Part shown: in pieces, positions 1-10,796 of the stretch
How the letters are laid out: each line of letters starts with the position of its first letter
How positions within the stretch are numbered: the first letter of the stretch is position 1
Assembly: GCF_004010195.1 (NCBI RefSeq)
Contig: NW_025214741.1
Coordinates: 1 to 50,000, forward strand
Source: Chiloscyllium plagiosum
Lineage: Eukaryota
Direction of reading: 5' to 3'
Length of the DNA: 50,000 bases
Translations under genes and position numbers: made by a program
The notes under the pieces: model-generated
What the model saw: the letters and a program-made list of their open reading frames with translations, nothing else
The model's database searches: none
What the model was told of the DNA's origin: nothing

Positions 1-1519
1 TTAGTTAAATCCCCACTCTGGCATGTAAGTGTATTGTGCACATGTGTTGGTAAGCATTCGTGTTTTAATCTCTATCTCCATTAAAAAAAAACTTCCAAAT
101 AAAATGTAATTTCCCAGTGGTTAAATCTCTTTCCTTCCCGAGCCATGGGCAAGGACAATGCAGAAGCACCTTGACCTGCTCCATACTGCAACAGTCCTGG
201 TTCACTGAACCTAGATAGAACAAATCTTTGGTACTAAAGGGATTGATCAGTTTCTTCTAGTTCCTGGAAAAGGATAAGTGGGGACAGTACACCACGCAAC
301 CAGTTTTGGTTTCAAACACAGTTTAGTAGCAAGCAGGGATGAACATACCAGATCCCTCTGGTATACTGAGCTGAAGGATGACCTGAAAAGGTAGTGACAG
401 TTTGGATTACGCAGGCGAGCACAGAGACAGATAACATTGCTCACAGGGTCATCATGTACTGCTGTTGCAGGCTGTCTCTCCTACACTTATCTGTCCACAC
501 ACTAGCAGAGGAAGAGAAGGTGTAATAGCTAGAGATAACTGCTTTGTGCTGATGTGATATCACTGAATATATGCCAGCTTTGATAGATGTTTTATAACAT
601 CACAATTTCAACTCAAGTAGAAACATCACAACATAATACAAGGTTTCAACTTTGAGAAATTACTTGCATTTATGTTATGCCTTTTGCAACATTGACAATA
701 TTTTTCAGCCGATAAACTTACTAAAGTACTCTCCGAAATGCTGCAGCGATTTTGTGCTAAGTAAGACCCCAGAACAGCAAAAAGTGACTAGTTAAATCTG
801 ACCTGGGTGGTGGAATTCTACATTGAAGATACTGGGAGAACACGGTCCTCTTTCAAATAGAGGCGATGGGATTTCTTCCAATCAAATCAATTCAAAAGAT
901 GGTACCACCCTCAGTACTGCACTGAAGTGTCAGCCTAAGTTTGGACACAGCAATTGAGCACGCTCCCATCAAACCAAACTTGTAAAAAAAGATTGTTGAC
1001 TATTGTTTTAGAAAGTCAAATAAAAAAGAAAGTGCCTGTTCCTTTTTCACCAAAATCATTAAGCAGTTTCAAAATTATAATAATTTTATTAAAACTCAAA
1101 AGAAATCCTAATTTAAACTAAATTGCGTTGGAATGAAGAGAGTTGGAAAGAGGAACGTTCATTGGAACACTTCACACAAAGTACAACAGAGATAGGAGGA
1201 TATTAATCCAAGATCACTAAAACGAACTGTAAAAGCATCAAAAAGATGCGTTTGAGAAAGAGAAGGAATGAGATATACAGTGAGAAAACGTGTAGTTGAG
1301 GTAGATTTCTGAATAAGGAATATTATGTTTAAAAGCTTTTCCTAAATCATTAGAAGTGTACATACAACACGTGCTCAGCATGTTTCTCTGTCTGCATGTG
1401 AGTGCCTCTGGGAATAGTCTAATTTAGAAATTGTACATTTAACAAATTTCATGAAGCTGGGCATTTACCACCCTCTGCAGAACACTGTCAGAACTGCAGT
1501 CATAATAGGGGAGAGAATA

Positions 1520-2557
1520 GTGAAATGAAGACCGTTCAATCCACACAATTTCAATTTAGAATTGGGAATCTGGCCCCTGGTTCATCCCTACTCCAGGGAT
1601 GAACAGGGATTTATTAAAGGACTAGGACAATTAATGACAGGGACCAGATTTACCATAGAAGTACAGTGGGCAGTGCCCTGGAGACCCTCCAGAGACAGAC
1701 TGGCAGCCCAATGGACTAAGCTGGAAGCTGATGAGTAAGAGAGAAGAAGGGGAAGGAAAAGGCAGGTCAACAATTTTAAACTTCAAATAGCCACAGCTAC
1801 CTGGCCATGATCATGAGGGACAGCCTGTCTAATGAGGTAGCCAACAGTCACACCTCTGGCGTGGTCATCATTATGGGTCATGGGGGAGGGCCAGATCTTT
1901 TCTTGATCCATCACCACTGTCTCCCACCATTGTTTGCTCCAAGTTCATCCTGTTGACCTGGACAACTCAGGATTAGGGATTGTGGCAGTGAGCCAGCACA
2001 CAGAGGCTAGTCACAAAGTCATACCCCTGACAGCCTCCAATCCAGACCCCGCACCATTTAAAAATTCAACCCAATAGCTATAGACACATCCCCCACACAT
2101 TTTCTATGAGAGAAACACTGCATAATAAATACTCCCAAATCCTCAGATAACCAAACAAAAAGTCCATTAAACACCGATTGAATTATCTCCAATTGCAAGA
2201 TGCCCACCCATTGTTCACACCAGTTGACTACATGTCAAATGTTCCCTTGCAACCTACTGATATGCCCAAGCCCTCATACAGGTAACTGTGGCTGTCCTAG
2301 GTTTAAAATTGTTGACATGCCTTCTCCTTCTCCCTTACTCACCAGCTTCGTCAATTGGACTGCCTGTCTGTCTCTGGATGGTCTCCAATGGCCCTCCAGC
2401 CCCAGGGCACTGCCCACTGTACTTACTAGCATGGTAAAGTGGTCCGTCATTAATTGTCTCTGAAATAGACCACGTCAGGGCAGAACCTGGGGTGAACCAG
2501 GTGCCAGATTCCCAACTCTAAATGGAAATTGCGTGAATCAAACGGTCTTCATTTCAC
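1520..2557. repeat. Long diverged inverted repeat (arms about 1520-1820 and 2270-2557); possible old MITE or non-autonomous DNA transposon
   Basis: gtgaaatgaagaccgtt (1520) is the reverse complement of aacggtcttcatttcac (ending 2557). Internal blocks also pair: agtacagtgggcagtgccctgg / ccagggcactgcccactgtact and gtcaacaattttaaac / gtttaaaattgttgac. Confidence 0.8.
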
Positions 2558-3535
2558 GACCAGCCTCACTGTTCCAGTAACATGCAGAGGAGATGATTAT
2601 CTTCATTATAGATCTATAGGCCACCCCTCTGCAGCTACAGGAAAACAAACACAGGGTCCCCCTCCACCTCATCAGATAATATTGATGGGCTCAAGTCATT
2701 ACTTCTGAAAGGCAGCATTAGCAATGCAAAGAGTATTATAATTGCTGAAAACAGGTTTCATCCAAAAGAGGCAAGCCAAATACATACAATTACAGAAGCC
2801 ATGCAACAAGCAGACAAAGAGGAGTCTTATGTCCATTTATGGGAATGAGTGTTACTGGCAAGGTGAGAATTTATTCCCCATTGCCTGGGGAGAAGGTGGA
2901 AGTGAGCTACATTCTTGAACTTTTACAGTCCCTGGGAAGATGATAGTCTCACAATGCTATTAGGAGCAAAAAGGCCAGGATTTTAACCCAACGATAGAAA
3001 ACCAATATGTTTCTACACCAGGATGGTCTGTGACTTAAAGGAGATTGGTCTTGCAGGTTGTGGTATTCTTGTGTGCTTGCTGCATGTTCTGCAAAAACAA
3101 AAGTCTGACCCAAACATCTCTAGTACATTTGCATATGGGTCCCAAAGGTCCTTGAAACAAGTTTGAATACATATATGCTTCTGTGTTAGCAATATAGATC
3201 AGCACCACCTTGGGGTCATCTGCTACACAAATTCGGGATTATCCATTTTCCCAAAAAAATATCCTGTAGCTAGCTCTGTCAGGGTTAGCTGACTTGAAAG
3301 CCTGCTATATAGCTAGGACAATAGCCAATAAATATTTAATTGAAAACGTGTCCCCTACATTTCACACTGGGAGATTAGCTGCCTGCTGGTTTCAATGTGT
3401 TTACTGCACCAATACAACTCAGAGCCAGAATCCAGAAAAGTACAGATTGCAAGACCATATAGCCCCAGTCGGAATAGGTTTCAGCGCCACTATGGAGTTT
3501 ACAGAAGCTGTATTAATACTGTGAGTAAAGGCTGA

Positions 3536-3558
3536 TTACAAAAGTTAGTGTTCATTAG
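3536..3558 (-). promoter_or_regulatory. Putative QKI response element downstream of the microexon
   Basis: Minus strand reads cTAATgaacACTAACtttgTAAT: core ACUAAC (3544-3549) with UAAU half-sites on both sides, about 30-50 nt into the intron. Confidence 0.35.
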
Positions 3559-3586
3559 GATCAGGAATATCCATGTAAACACTTAC

Positions 3587-3610
3587 GTCAACACTTCAGC
3601 CCGCCACCCA
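3587..3610 (-). CDS. RAB3IL1: Candidate 24-nt microexon of RAB3IL1 (phase 2-2)
   Basis: ttctttctctcttttag|TGGGTGGCGGGCTGAAGTGTTGAC|GTAAGT: strong polypyrimidine tract, consensus donor, frame-preserving, no stop; gives ...GGP-N-GWRAEVL-T. Confidence 0.7.
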
Positions 3611-3706
3611 CTAAAAGAGAGAAAGAACATTAAATCAAGAGGAGAATCAGACCAAATTAACAATAAATCAGATCAAAGGCTATAAGAGTGAAGAATGTGC
3701 TCTTAC

Positions 3707-3819
3707 TTTGGTCCTCCACACTCTATTGCTGAGGCCTTGACGACTGGTAATGCCTGGGCAGCAGCTGGCTCAATACTCAAAGTATTGTTCTCCACAGCAG
3801 CTTGGACTGCTTCAGTCAG
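3707..3819 (-). CDS. RAB3IL1: RAB3IL1 coding exon (113 nt, phase 0-2)
   Basis: ctctctcag|CTG ACT GAA ... CCA AA|GTAAGA; encodes [37 protein letters not shown]. Confidence 0.95.
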
Positions 3820-4578
3820 CTGAGAGAGACAGGGCGAGAGAGAGCGCGCAAACAAAAAAAGACACAGATCATGGGAAAGTAGAGGCAAAAGTAAACAGGA
3901 CATATAGCAAGGTAGAGTGCAAGACAAAATCAGAGCATGCAAGTCAAGCAGGACAGCAAGAAAGAGAAACAGAATAAACACTATTAAATACAAGGGCAAT
4001 TCAATATTTGTTCACAAGAGTTTTATTTTACCTGTAAACCAATTGAAGTAAATAAAAAGTCAATCATGTTGCTCATTCTCTGGTCCCACCCCCAATGCGG
4101 ACAGTCTCTCTAGGCAGGGAGCGAAAGCAGCCCACAGTCTCCCTCCAGTTTATTTGCCTCACTTGTTAGACTTCTTTGCCATCCTGCTGCTGAAGTGCTC
4201 CAGTCAACAAACACAGTGCTTTTGAAAGTTGAACCATCAAACACTGGGAGGAAGTTTGGAAGCATAAAGCGGGATAAAATGTGTTAAAGAACTCTCAACT
4301 GCAGTCATCAGGAACTCCCAGAAGTAGTAACCAACCCCTCAAACAGAAACCAGGTACAAAAAAACCCTCAAAAAAACAAAGGACTCATTCCTCATACACC
4401 ACGAGCACCAAGCTGCCCCTTAACAAAGGCACCAGTCCAGGCACAACGTGAGGTCTATGGGCTTTCCAGAAGCTAAAGATTCATCCTCCAGAACTCTATT
4501 TGCCATCAGGCAATCATTGTGCTCTGTCTAACAGCAGCTCATTCCAAAGGGTTATCTATTTTCAGCCACCAAGCTCAC

Positions 4579-4707
4579 CTCATGTTTGGCAAAGGAGAGA
4601 CATGGGATGATATCTTCCTGGTAAATCCTCTCCAGAAATGGACAAGCCTTATCCAGGGTTGGATCCTCCTTCCACGATTGGAACTCCTCGAATAAAATCA
4701 GGTCGAT
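4579..4707 (-). CDS. RAB3IL1: RAB3IL1 coding exon (129 nt)
   Basis: ttacag|ATC GAC CTG ... CAT GAG|GTGAGC; encodes [43 protein letters not shown]. Confidence 0.95.
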
Positions 4708-4795
4708 CTGTAAGGAGCAAGATACGAGCATCAGGAATAGCAGTATTACCTTGAAACCAGAGGTTAGGCAGGTAAGCAAGCATCTCCTTCTTATA

Positions 4796-5117
4796 TTAGA
4801 TTAGATTACATTACATTACAGTGTGGAAACAGGCCCTTCGGCCCAACAAGTCCATACCGACGCGCCGAAGCGCAACCCACCCATACCCCTACATTTACCC
4901 CTTACCTAACACTAAGGGCAATTTAGCGTGGCCAATTCACCTGACCTGCACATCTTTGGACTGTGGGTGGAAACCGGAGCACCCAGAGGAAACCCACGCA
5001 GACACGGGGAGAACATGCAAACTCCACACACACAGTCAGTCGCCTGAGGCGGGAATTGAACCCAGGTCTCTGGCGCTGTGAGGCAGCAGTGCTAACCACT
5101 GTGCCACCGTGCCGCCC
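4796..5117 (-). mobile_element. Full-length tRNA-derived V-SINE (HE1-like elasmobranch SINE)
   Basis: The minus strand has an A-box TGGCACAGTGG, a B-box GGTTCAATTCC, the V-domain gtggagtttgcatgttctccccgtgtctgcgtgggtttcc, a CR1-like tail ggccgaagggcctgtttccacactgta and a (TAATG/TAATC)n end. Confidence 0.88.
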
Positions 5118-5631
5118 TTAGTGCCAAGGCTACTTGTATTCTCCCTACTCCCCAAACATTAACTCTCGATTACTCCATGAGCACCAAGCACACACTCCTT
5201 CAGTCTCATCACTTTTTGTAAGTATGGATGTGGAATGGCAGTAAACTGTCAATGGCTTCACATCACTAATGGGTTAATGAAATGATAAACCTGTTCTGAC
5301 TCCAATAAGTCACTTACAACACAATTATTCCAGATGCATATTTTTCATTCTTCTAGTGACATTCCAAATTCGTGCCCTTGCTTATATTGTACCATAAATC
5401 ACACTGGAAAACGAAACCCTAACTCCTTTCAGCTCATTTCTGTCTCAGAGATAGCAGAATAAGCATTAGCCATTAGCCTAGGCTGAAGGGTTTAATTCAC
5501 CACAACACTGTCCTTCAATTCTTTTTACCCTAGTTTAACATCAAGAGGAGTAAACACAAAGTACATCTCTATGACAAAGATCATTCGCAGCAATATGACA
5601 GGACAATTGGGGCACAAGGTGACAACTGTAC

Positions 5632-5748
5632 CTGATGCTCCTGCATTGACGATGGCTTGGTAAGATGCCCATACGGCTCAGGTGTGACATAAATCGCCCT
5701 CCCAGGTACGATGCAGAGCAGCAGAGAGAGGAGAGTGGGCACCCCTGC
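5632..5748 (-). CDS. RAB3IL1: Candidate alternative cassette exon of RAB3IL1 (117 nt, phase 0-0)
   Basis: ctgaag|GCA GGG GTG ... CAT CAG|GTACAG; open in frame (AGVPTLLSLLLCIVPGRAIYVTPEPYGHLTKPSSMQEHQ). Two CTAAC branch-like motifs at 5775-5779 and 5784-5788 lie in an AG-free zone of about 80 nt. Confidence 0.6.
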
Positions 5749-6179
5749 CTTCAGGAGCACCATGAAAAATCAGTGTTAGCAGAGTTAGAATATTAGAACA
5801 GACAGACAGGGAATTGACCATAAACCAATAGTCTCAAGGAGCACTTCTTGTGAGTTCAACTCAGCATGCCTTTTAAGATAGCATCAGGTCCCAGTTGATG
5901 AATAAATTTAGTCTTTAATTGATTGTTCACCCATTTTTAAATTCTAAATCAACACTTTTCTCTCAAAGTGCCAAACACATTCAGTGGTCACTAACAACTC
6001 GTGAGCATTTATGTGGACAGTTACAAGTATATGTTGTTGTACACTTCCCTTAACCCTCCCCTAATCAGGGCTGACAAGGGGCTTCCACCACTTACTTTTG
6101 TGTGAGGCCAGGTATTAGGTCAATAAACATGATGCCACCCCTCCAAAATCAATTTAGTACCGAGGTTCAGGTTTACTAG

Positions 6180-6311
6180 ATTCTTCCTGAAGAAGGGCTA
6201 ATGCCCGAAACGTCGATTCTCCTGTTCCCTAGATGCTGCCTGACCTGCTGCGCTTTTCCAGCAACACATTTCCATCTCTGATCTCCAGCATCTGCAGACC
6301 TCACTTTCTCC
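6180..6311 (+). mobile_element. Short Penelope-derived element (family A) with hammerhead motif
   Basis: 13-bp TSD tcaggtttactag (6167-6179 / 6312-6324). The 3' end gcatctgcagacctcactttctcct matches the end of the GIY-YIG-encoding element at 26834. Confidence 0.8.
6185..6216 (+). ncRNA. Minimal type I hammerhead ribozyme motif (weak helix I)
   Basis: UC-CUGAAGA-A-GGGC UAAU GCCC-GAAA-CG-UC^-GA: intact core, 4-bp helix II, palindromic ACGU helix III, GUC cleavage triplet; helix I only 2 bp. Confidence 0.55.
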
Positions 6312-6638
6312 TCAGGTTTACTAGTGGCAGAGCATTAGAGCTATAGCAGACAGATTCAAGGCCCCAGCTATCTCAATCTCTGCAAACCTACAGAATTGCC
6401 CCAGTGGTGGGTTGGAGTTAAAATTACCCAGGATTTGTTCTGCTGATGTCACATTTAATCAAACAAGGTACTGAATCACATTCCCACTGAGGGGCACATA
6501 TCTCGACCCAGACAGGTAGAATGAGAAACAAGCAAGGCAAGACAGCAAGGCAAGCAAGCCAGGAGAAGCAGACAAGAGAAGACCGCTAATGAGACAGACA
6601 AGTGGACAGAGAGTGATCAGAATAGTTTCCACACTCAC

Positions 6639-6854
6639 CTCCCTACCATCTTTGCTGATTGGCTTTAACTGGGTATTCTGTGTCGCTGCCGTCACAATGG
6701 CACTACTCAAGCTTTTGTTGCGACTATGGCCCTTCTTAAAGACCACCTTAGAGGGGCTCTGGAGCTGGGGGTGCAGCTCCCTATTCGGAGAAGATGGTGT
6801 AGATGTAATCACAAGGGTCTTCAGTGCTGTTACCTCAGCCAAAAGCATGTCAAT
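6639..6854 (-). CDS. RAB3IL1: RAB3IL1 coding exon 5 (216 nt)
   Basis: cttag|ATT GAC ATG ... AGG GAG|GTGAGT; encodes [48 protein letters not shown]...KDGRE. Confidence 0.95.
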
Positions 6855-7329
6855 CTAAGATGGGGTGGGGAGAGGAAACAGAGAAAGTCAAACATTACCC
6901 AGCCAATCATTTGAATATGGTAGTGGATGCTAATCCTGAAGAACAAATCAATTAATTTCAGACACCCAAGAATTGATTGTAACAAGACCTGCAATATGGA
7001 AACTGAGCAGATGGGGTTTGGGCTCAGTTTAAAATTGCCCAGAGGATCCGTGCCAATGTCCTGCTCCTATCCCACATTTTTCCAATTTAAATATACTTTT
7101 CTGAGCACATGCATTAGACACTTGTAGGGAACTGCAGGATATGTCTTCGTGTCAATTGGATTCTGATGACTTCATTGAATTGAATTTGTTATTTTAACTA
7201 CTGATCCACATGCAGAAAATATCCCCATCGAGTGAATCAGGCAGGTTAAATGAAAAGAGAGTCAGGACTGAGAGGCATCCAAAGAAAGTTAGCTTATATT
7301 TACATTTTCATATAGAAACAGGACCATTG

Positions 7330-8120
7330 ACAATCTGCAAAAGGACCATTAGAAATCAGAGAATTGTTGATACAGCAAAGATGGCCATTAGTTCCACTGT
7401 GCTTGCACCTCTTGAAAGAGCTATCCTCCTCTTTCCCCACAAACCAGCAAATGTCTTCCCTTCAAAAAAGGTGTTAGTGAATTACTTTTTGAACATGGAC
7501 ATTTATTCAATCAGCCTTCCAGATAATACATCCCAGACCATGACTCATCCAGCTGAAATGTCGTAGCCAATGTTGTATTTGGTTTTTGTTTGACAATCAC
7601 CTTAAATCTGTGCCTTATGATTATCAAATCTTCTGCCACTTGAAACAATTTATTTACTCTATCAAAACTATTCAAGATGTTGAATACCTTCAAATTGTCC
7701 GCAGTCTCTCCGCTCTTGTCCAGGCTCTCCACATACATAAATCTTTAAATCATTGATACCATTCTAATAAACCCCCTGTAAACCATCTCCAAGCCCATCC
7801 TATTCTTCCTCATGTGTGGGACAGAGAGTTGGCCATAATCTACAGCTGTGAGCTAATTAGCATTTTGTAAAAAAAAAGATTAGCACAGCTGCCTTCCTTT
7901 CACACATAAATCTTTCCAATGAAAAAGCCTGCATTAGATTTTTTTTAAGGAAATGGCCATCTCATCTTGCCATGTCACCTTTGAAGGATTTGTCTCTTGA
8001 TACCAAGATCTCTATCTTCCTGCACTATTTTAATACTGTCTCATTTCCCTCATTGCCTCTTCTCATTCTTAATGAAATTAATCACTTCACACTTTTCCCT
8101 GCCAGGTGCTTATTTATTTC
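7330..8120 (-). mobile_element. Highly decayed CR1-like LINE fragment
   Basis: Weak reverse-strand similarity to the CR1 3' region (ggccattagttccactgtgc, ccttaaatctgtgcct, attctaataaaccccctgtaaaccatctccaa). Confidence 0.45.
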
Positions 8121-8514
8121 ACCAGTTTGTTTATCTCCTTAAGTTACTGCCCCCTCACCACCTGCTTTATTTCTAAGTTTCATGACATTTGCAATCCTTA
8201 AAATTATAGCACATTCCTAAATCCAGGTAATTACCCTTATATGAAAGAGAGCAGTGGACCCAACTGTGACTTCTCAGGTCTACCATTGCACACATGCTTT
8301 CCCTAGTCTGAAAAACAACTATGCATGTCAGTTGCGGTCTCTTAGGTAATTTCACATTCACTCAGCCACTGTCCTTTTAAACCCACCGTTTTGCTACAAA
8401 CTTTTACCACAAAATAAATTCTAAGTTTGAGATCCAGAAAATGGTATAAAGAATCCTGGAACATCTTGCATGTACTCAATGACACCCAAACGTTATTTGC
8501 ACTTTCAACAAGCA

Positions 8515-8745
8515 GAAATATAGAAAATAAAAGTAGGCCATTTGACCCTTCAAGCCTACTCCACCATTCAATATGATCATGGTTGATCATCCAACTCAGT
8601 ACCACATTTCCACTTTTTCTCCATGGCTCTAAAGTAAATATATCTGACTCCTTGAAAACATTCAATATTTTGCTGTCAACTACTTTGTGGAAAATAATTC
8701 CATAGGCTCACCACTCTCTGGGTGAAGAGATTTCTCATCTCAGTT
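8515..8745 (-). mobile_element. CR1-like LINE 3' end
   Basis: gtaggccatttgacccttcaagcctactccaccattcaatatgatcatgg...ctcaccactctctgggtgaagagatttct; a related piece lies at about 24100-24220. Confidence 0.65.
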
Positions 8746-8950
8746 CCCTCTGTCCTTTAATCACCTCAACCACTCAGGAGACTACACAACAAACTATGGT
8801 CAATATTGAAGACCAGGGTCAGCTCCTTCTGAAAAAGATGTTGCTACAACTTGAAGCTATAATGCTACAAATCCTTCTGAATCACCCTACAAGTCATCAG
8901 GTAGCTTGTGGGACACACGTCTGACCACATGGTGAGGAGAAGTTACCTAC

Positions 8951-9028
8951 CTTGCCTTGGGCTTCTCGGAGTTGCTTCTCAGCTGTGGCCTGTTTAGTGT
9001 TTGCTTCCCGCACCATCTTATGCGCTTC
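8951..9028 (-). CDS. RAB3IL1: RAB3IL1 coding exon 4 (78 nt), Sec2 coiled coil
   Basis: aacag|GAA GCG CAT AAG ATG ... GGC AAG|GTAGGT; encodes [26 protein letters not shown]. Confidence 0.96.
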
Positions 9029-9170
9029 CTGTTCATAAGAAACAGTAACAATTACTGACCATGAGCAAAGAGCATGGGTTAGATGACAGGGTCAAAGGAC
9101 AACAGCTCAAGAATATATTGGCATCAAACACCCAGGTTTGAAGCCCCAGAAATCACAGAGTTGGCAATAC

Positions 9171-9266
9171 CTCAAAGAGACTGGCTGTCAGCTCTTCCAG
9201 TTCCTGCTCCAATTGCTCCCGCACTTTAGATAGTTTCTCACATTCTTCATCCTTGAGCTTCAGCTC
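9171..9266 (-). CDS. RAB3IL1: RAB3IL1 coding exon 3 (96 nt), Sec2 coiled coil
   Basis: ttttag|GAG CTG AAG ... TTT GAG|GTATTG; encodes [32 protein letters not shown]. Not in the ORF track. Confidence 0.96.
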
Positions 9267-9439
9267 CTAAAACAAGGAACAAAGACATGTCAGTCACATC
9301 AATGACTTAGGAGAATAAATGGAGCGTCCAATGCAGTACAGAACCAGGAATGGCTCCAAGCCTAATATCAATTCAGTGATAATTTCACCCAGGATGGAAG
9401 TAAATTTGGCAATAGTCAGCCATTCTCGGGGTGGACTAA

Positions 9440-9603
9440 GAAGTCACATGACACCAGGTTATCATCCAATGGACTTACTTGAAACAACAAGCTTTTGGAA
9501 CACTGCTCCTTTGGTACCTGACAAAGGGGCAGAGCTCCAAAAACTCGTCATTTCAAATAAACCTGTTAGTCAATACTCTATTCTCAGAAGTCACACGACA
9601 CCA
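9440..9603. mobile_element. Decayed head-to-head Penelope-derived element (family B-like) with mutated hammerhead
   Basis: Inverted halves ttgaaacaacaagcttttggaacactgctcctt / aaggggcagagctccaaaaactcgtcatttcaa; core remnant CTGACAAA at 9518; gaagtcaca(t/c)gacacca occurs at both ends. Confidence 0.55.
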
Positions 9604-9619
9604 AGTTTACAAGAACGGT

Positions 9620-10030
9620 ACCTGGACTTCAGGGGTTAAGTTAGGAGGACAGATTATATAAATTATGCCTGTTTTCTCTAGAATTAAGAAGGTTAGGGGT
9701 TAAGCAAAATCTCCAAGCTGACAGGAAAGGACACGTAGATAAAGATCAACTGTTTCCATTAGTTGGAGACTTTAGAACAATGGGGCTTAGTCTGAGAATT
9801 TAGGCTCAGACCATTTAGGAGAGATGGTAAGAAGCACTTCTTCAAAGAATAGTCAAGGTTTGAACTTTATTCCACAAATAGCAGTTCATTTTTAAAATTG
9901 GAAACAGATAATTTTTTGTAAAGATAAGGTCTGAAGAGATACAGGCCAAAGTAGGTATATAGCGTTAGATCACAGATCAGCCATGATCTCATTGAGCAGC
10001 AGGACAAGTCAGGGGCTTCTGTTCCTTGGC
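9620..10030 (+). mobile_element. Old CR1-like LINE 3' fragment
   Basis: ttttctctagaattaagaaggttagggg...gatcagccatgatctcattga resembles the other CR1 3' ends in this window. Confidence 0.6.
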
Positions 10031-10796
10031 ACCATTTCTCTCACCCTTACCCTGTACCCCACATATAATCACCCACGTCATGCTCCAAATCCCTGTCCAG
10101 ATACACTTATTGGTAAACACTTGTGTGCATGAACATCAGATGTGAGCTAAGGATGGAAAGATGACAGGACTGTGAGGTGTAGTCCATAATAGCTTTACAG
10201 TCAAAGACAGCTGAAAAGGTGGAATGAGTTCTAAAACAAAGGGTGGCTAAAATACACAATGATAACAATGCTACTGCATAGGAGTATCAGCTGTGTCAAA
10301 AGTTGACGGTAAGGTGATTTGATGCAATGCAGACCAAGAGGCTACACAGTCTAATAAACTCTATGCTGTTCAGCTGTCAAGGTAGAGGTGTGTTTCACAT
10401 CCCAAAGTGGAATCCTCAAAAATAACCAACCAGCTCAATTAACGGATGGTTCCTGCTGCATGGTAACGTTTATCCATAGATGGGTAAAAAAAGGGTAAAT
10501 CAGATGGTCAGCTCTAGCTTTTATATAGTCTTTACTACAGATCTAAAGTGCAAGATGTCTCCATCATATTCAGTTATAAATATATGCTCAGGAATGAATG
10601 TGCTAACATTTCATTTGCCACAATCAAAAATGTAGAGCAGACAGTAAACTGCAGATTCCTTCAACCCGGTTTTATTCTATTTACTTGTACCCTCTCAAGT
10701 AAGCATCATTCAACAAAATACACAAATATTTATACTAAAACATTTAAGCAGAACTAGAAAGCTTTTGAAGTCATACACTGCAACCTGCACTCTTAC

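Noticed and set aside
247..444. ORF or possible exon after ccttttcag near 383 as the next RAB3IL1 exon
   Set aside because: The peptide does not resemble the expected CALSG...RI.LGDS segment, and the nearest donor gives a 34-nt frame-shifting exon.
3820..3999. Hydrophobic, signal-peptide-like N-terminus of ORF 3703-3999 (similar cases at 4708-4779 and 11307-11612)
   Set aside because: These are translations of pyrimidine-rich intron sequence, giving F/L/S/C-rich pseudo-peptides.
4821..5081. Similar ORFs at 4821-5081, 34938-35198 and 37265-37675 as a small gene family
   Set aside because: All are antisense readings of V-SINE copies.
5030..5117. tRNA gene
   Set aside because: The A and B boxes belong to the SINE head, which runs directly into the V-domain and LINE-like tail; no complete cloverleaf is evident.
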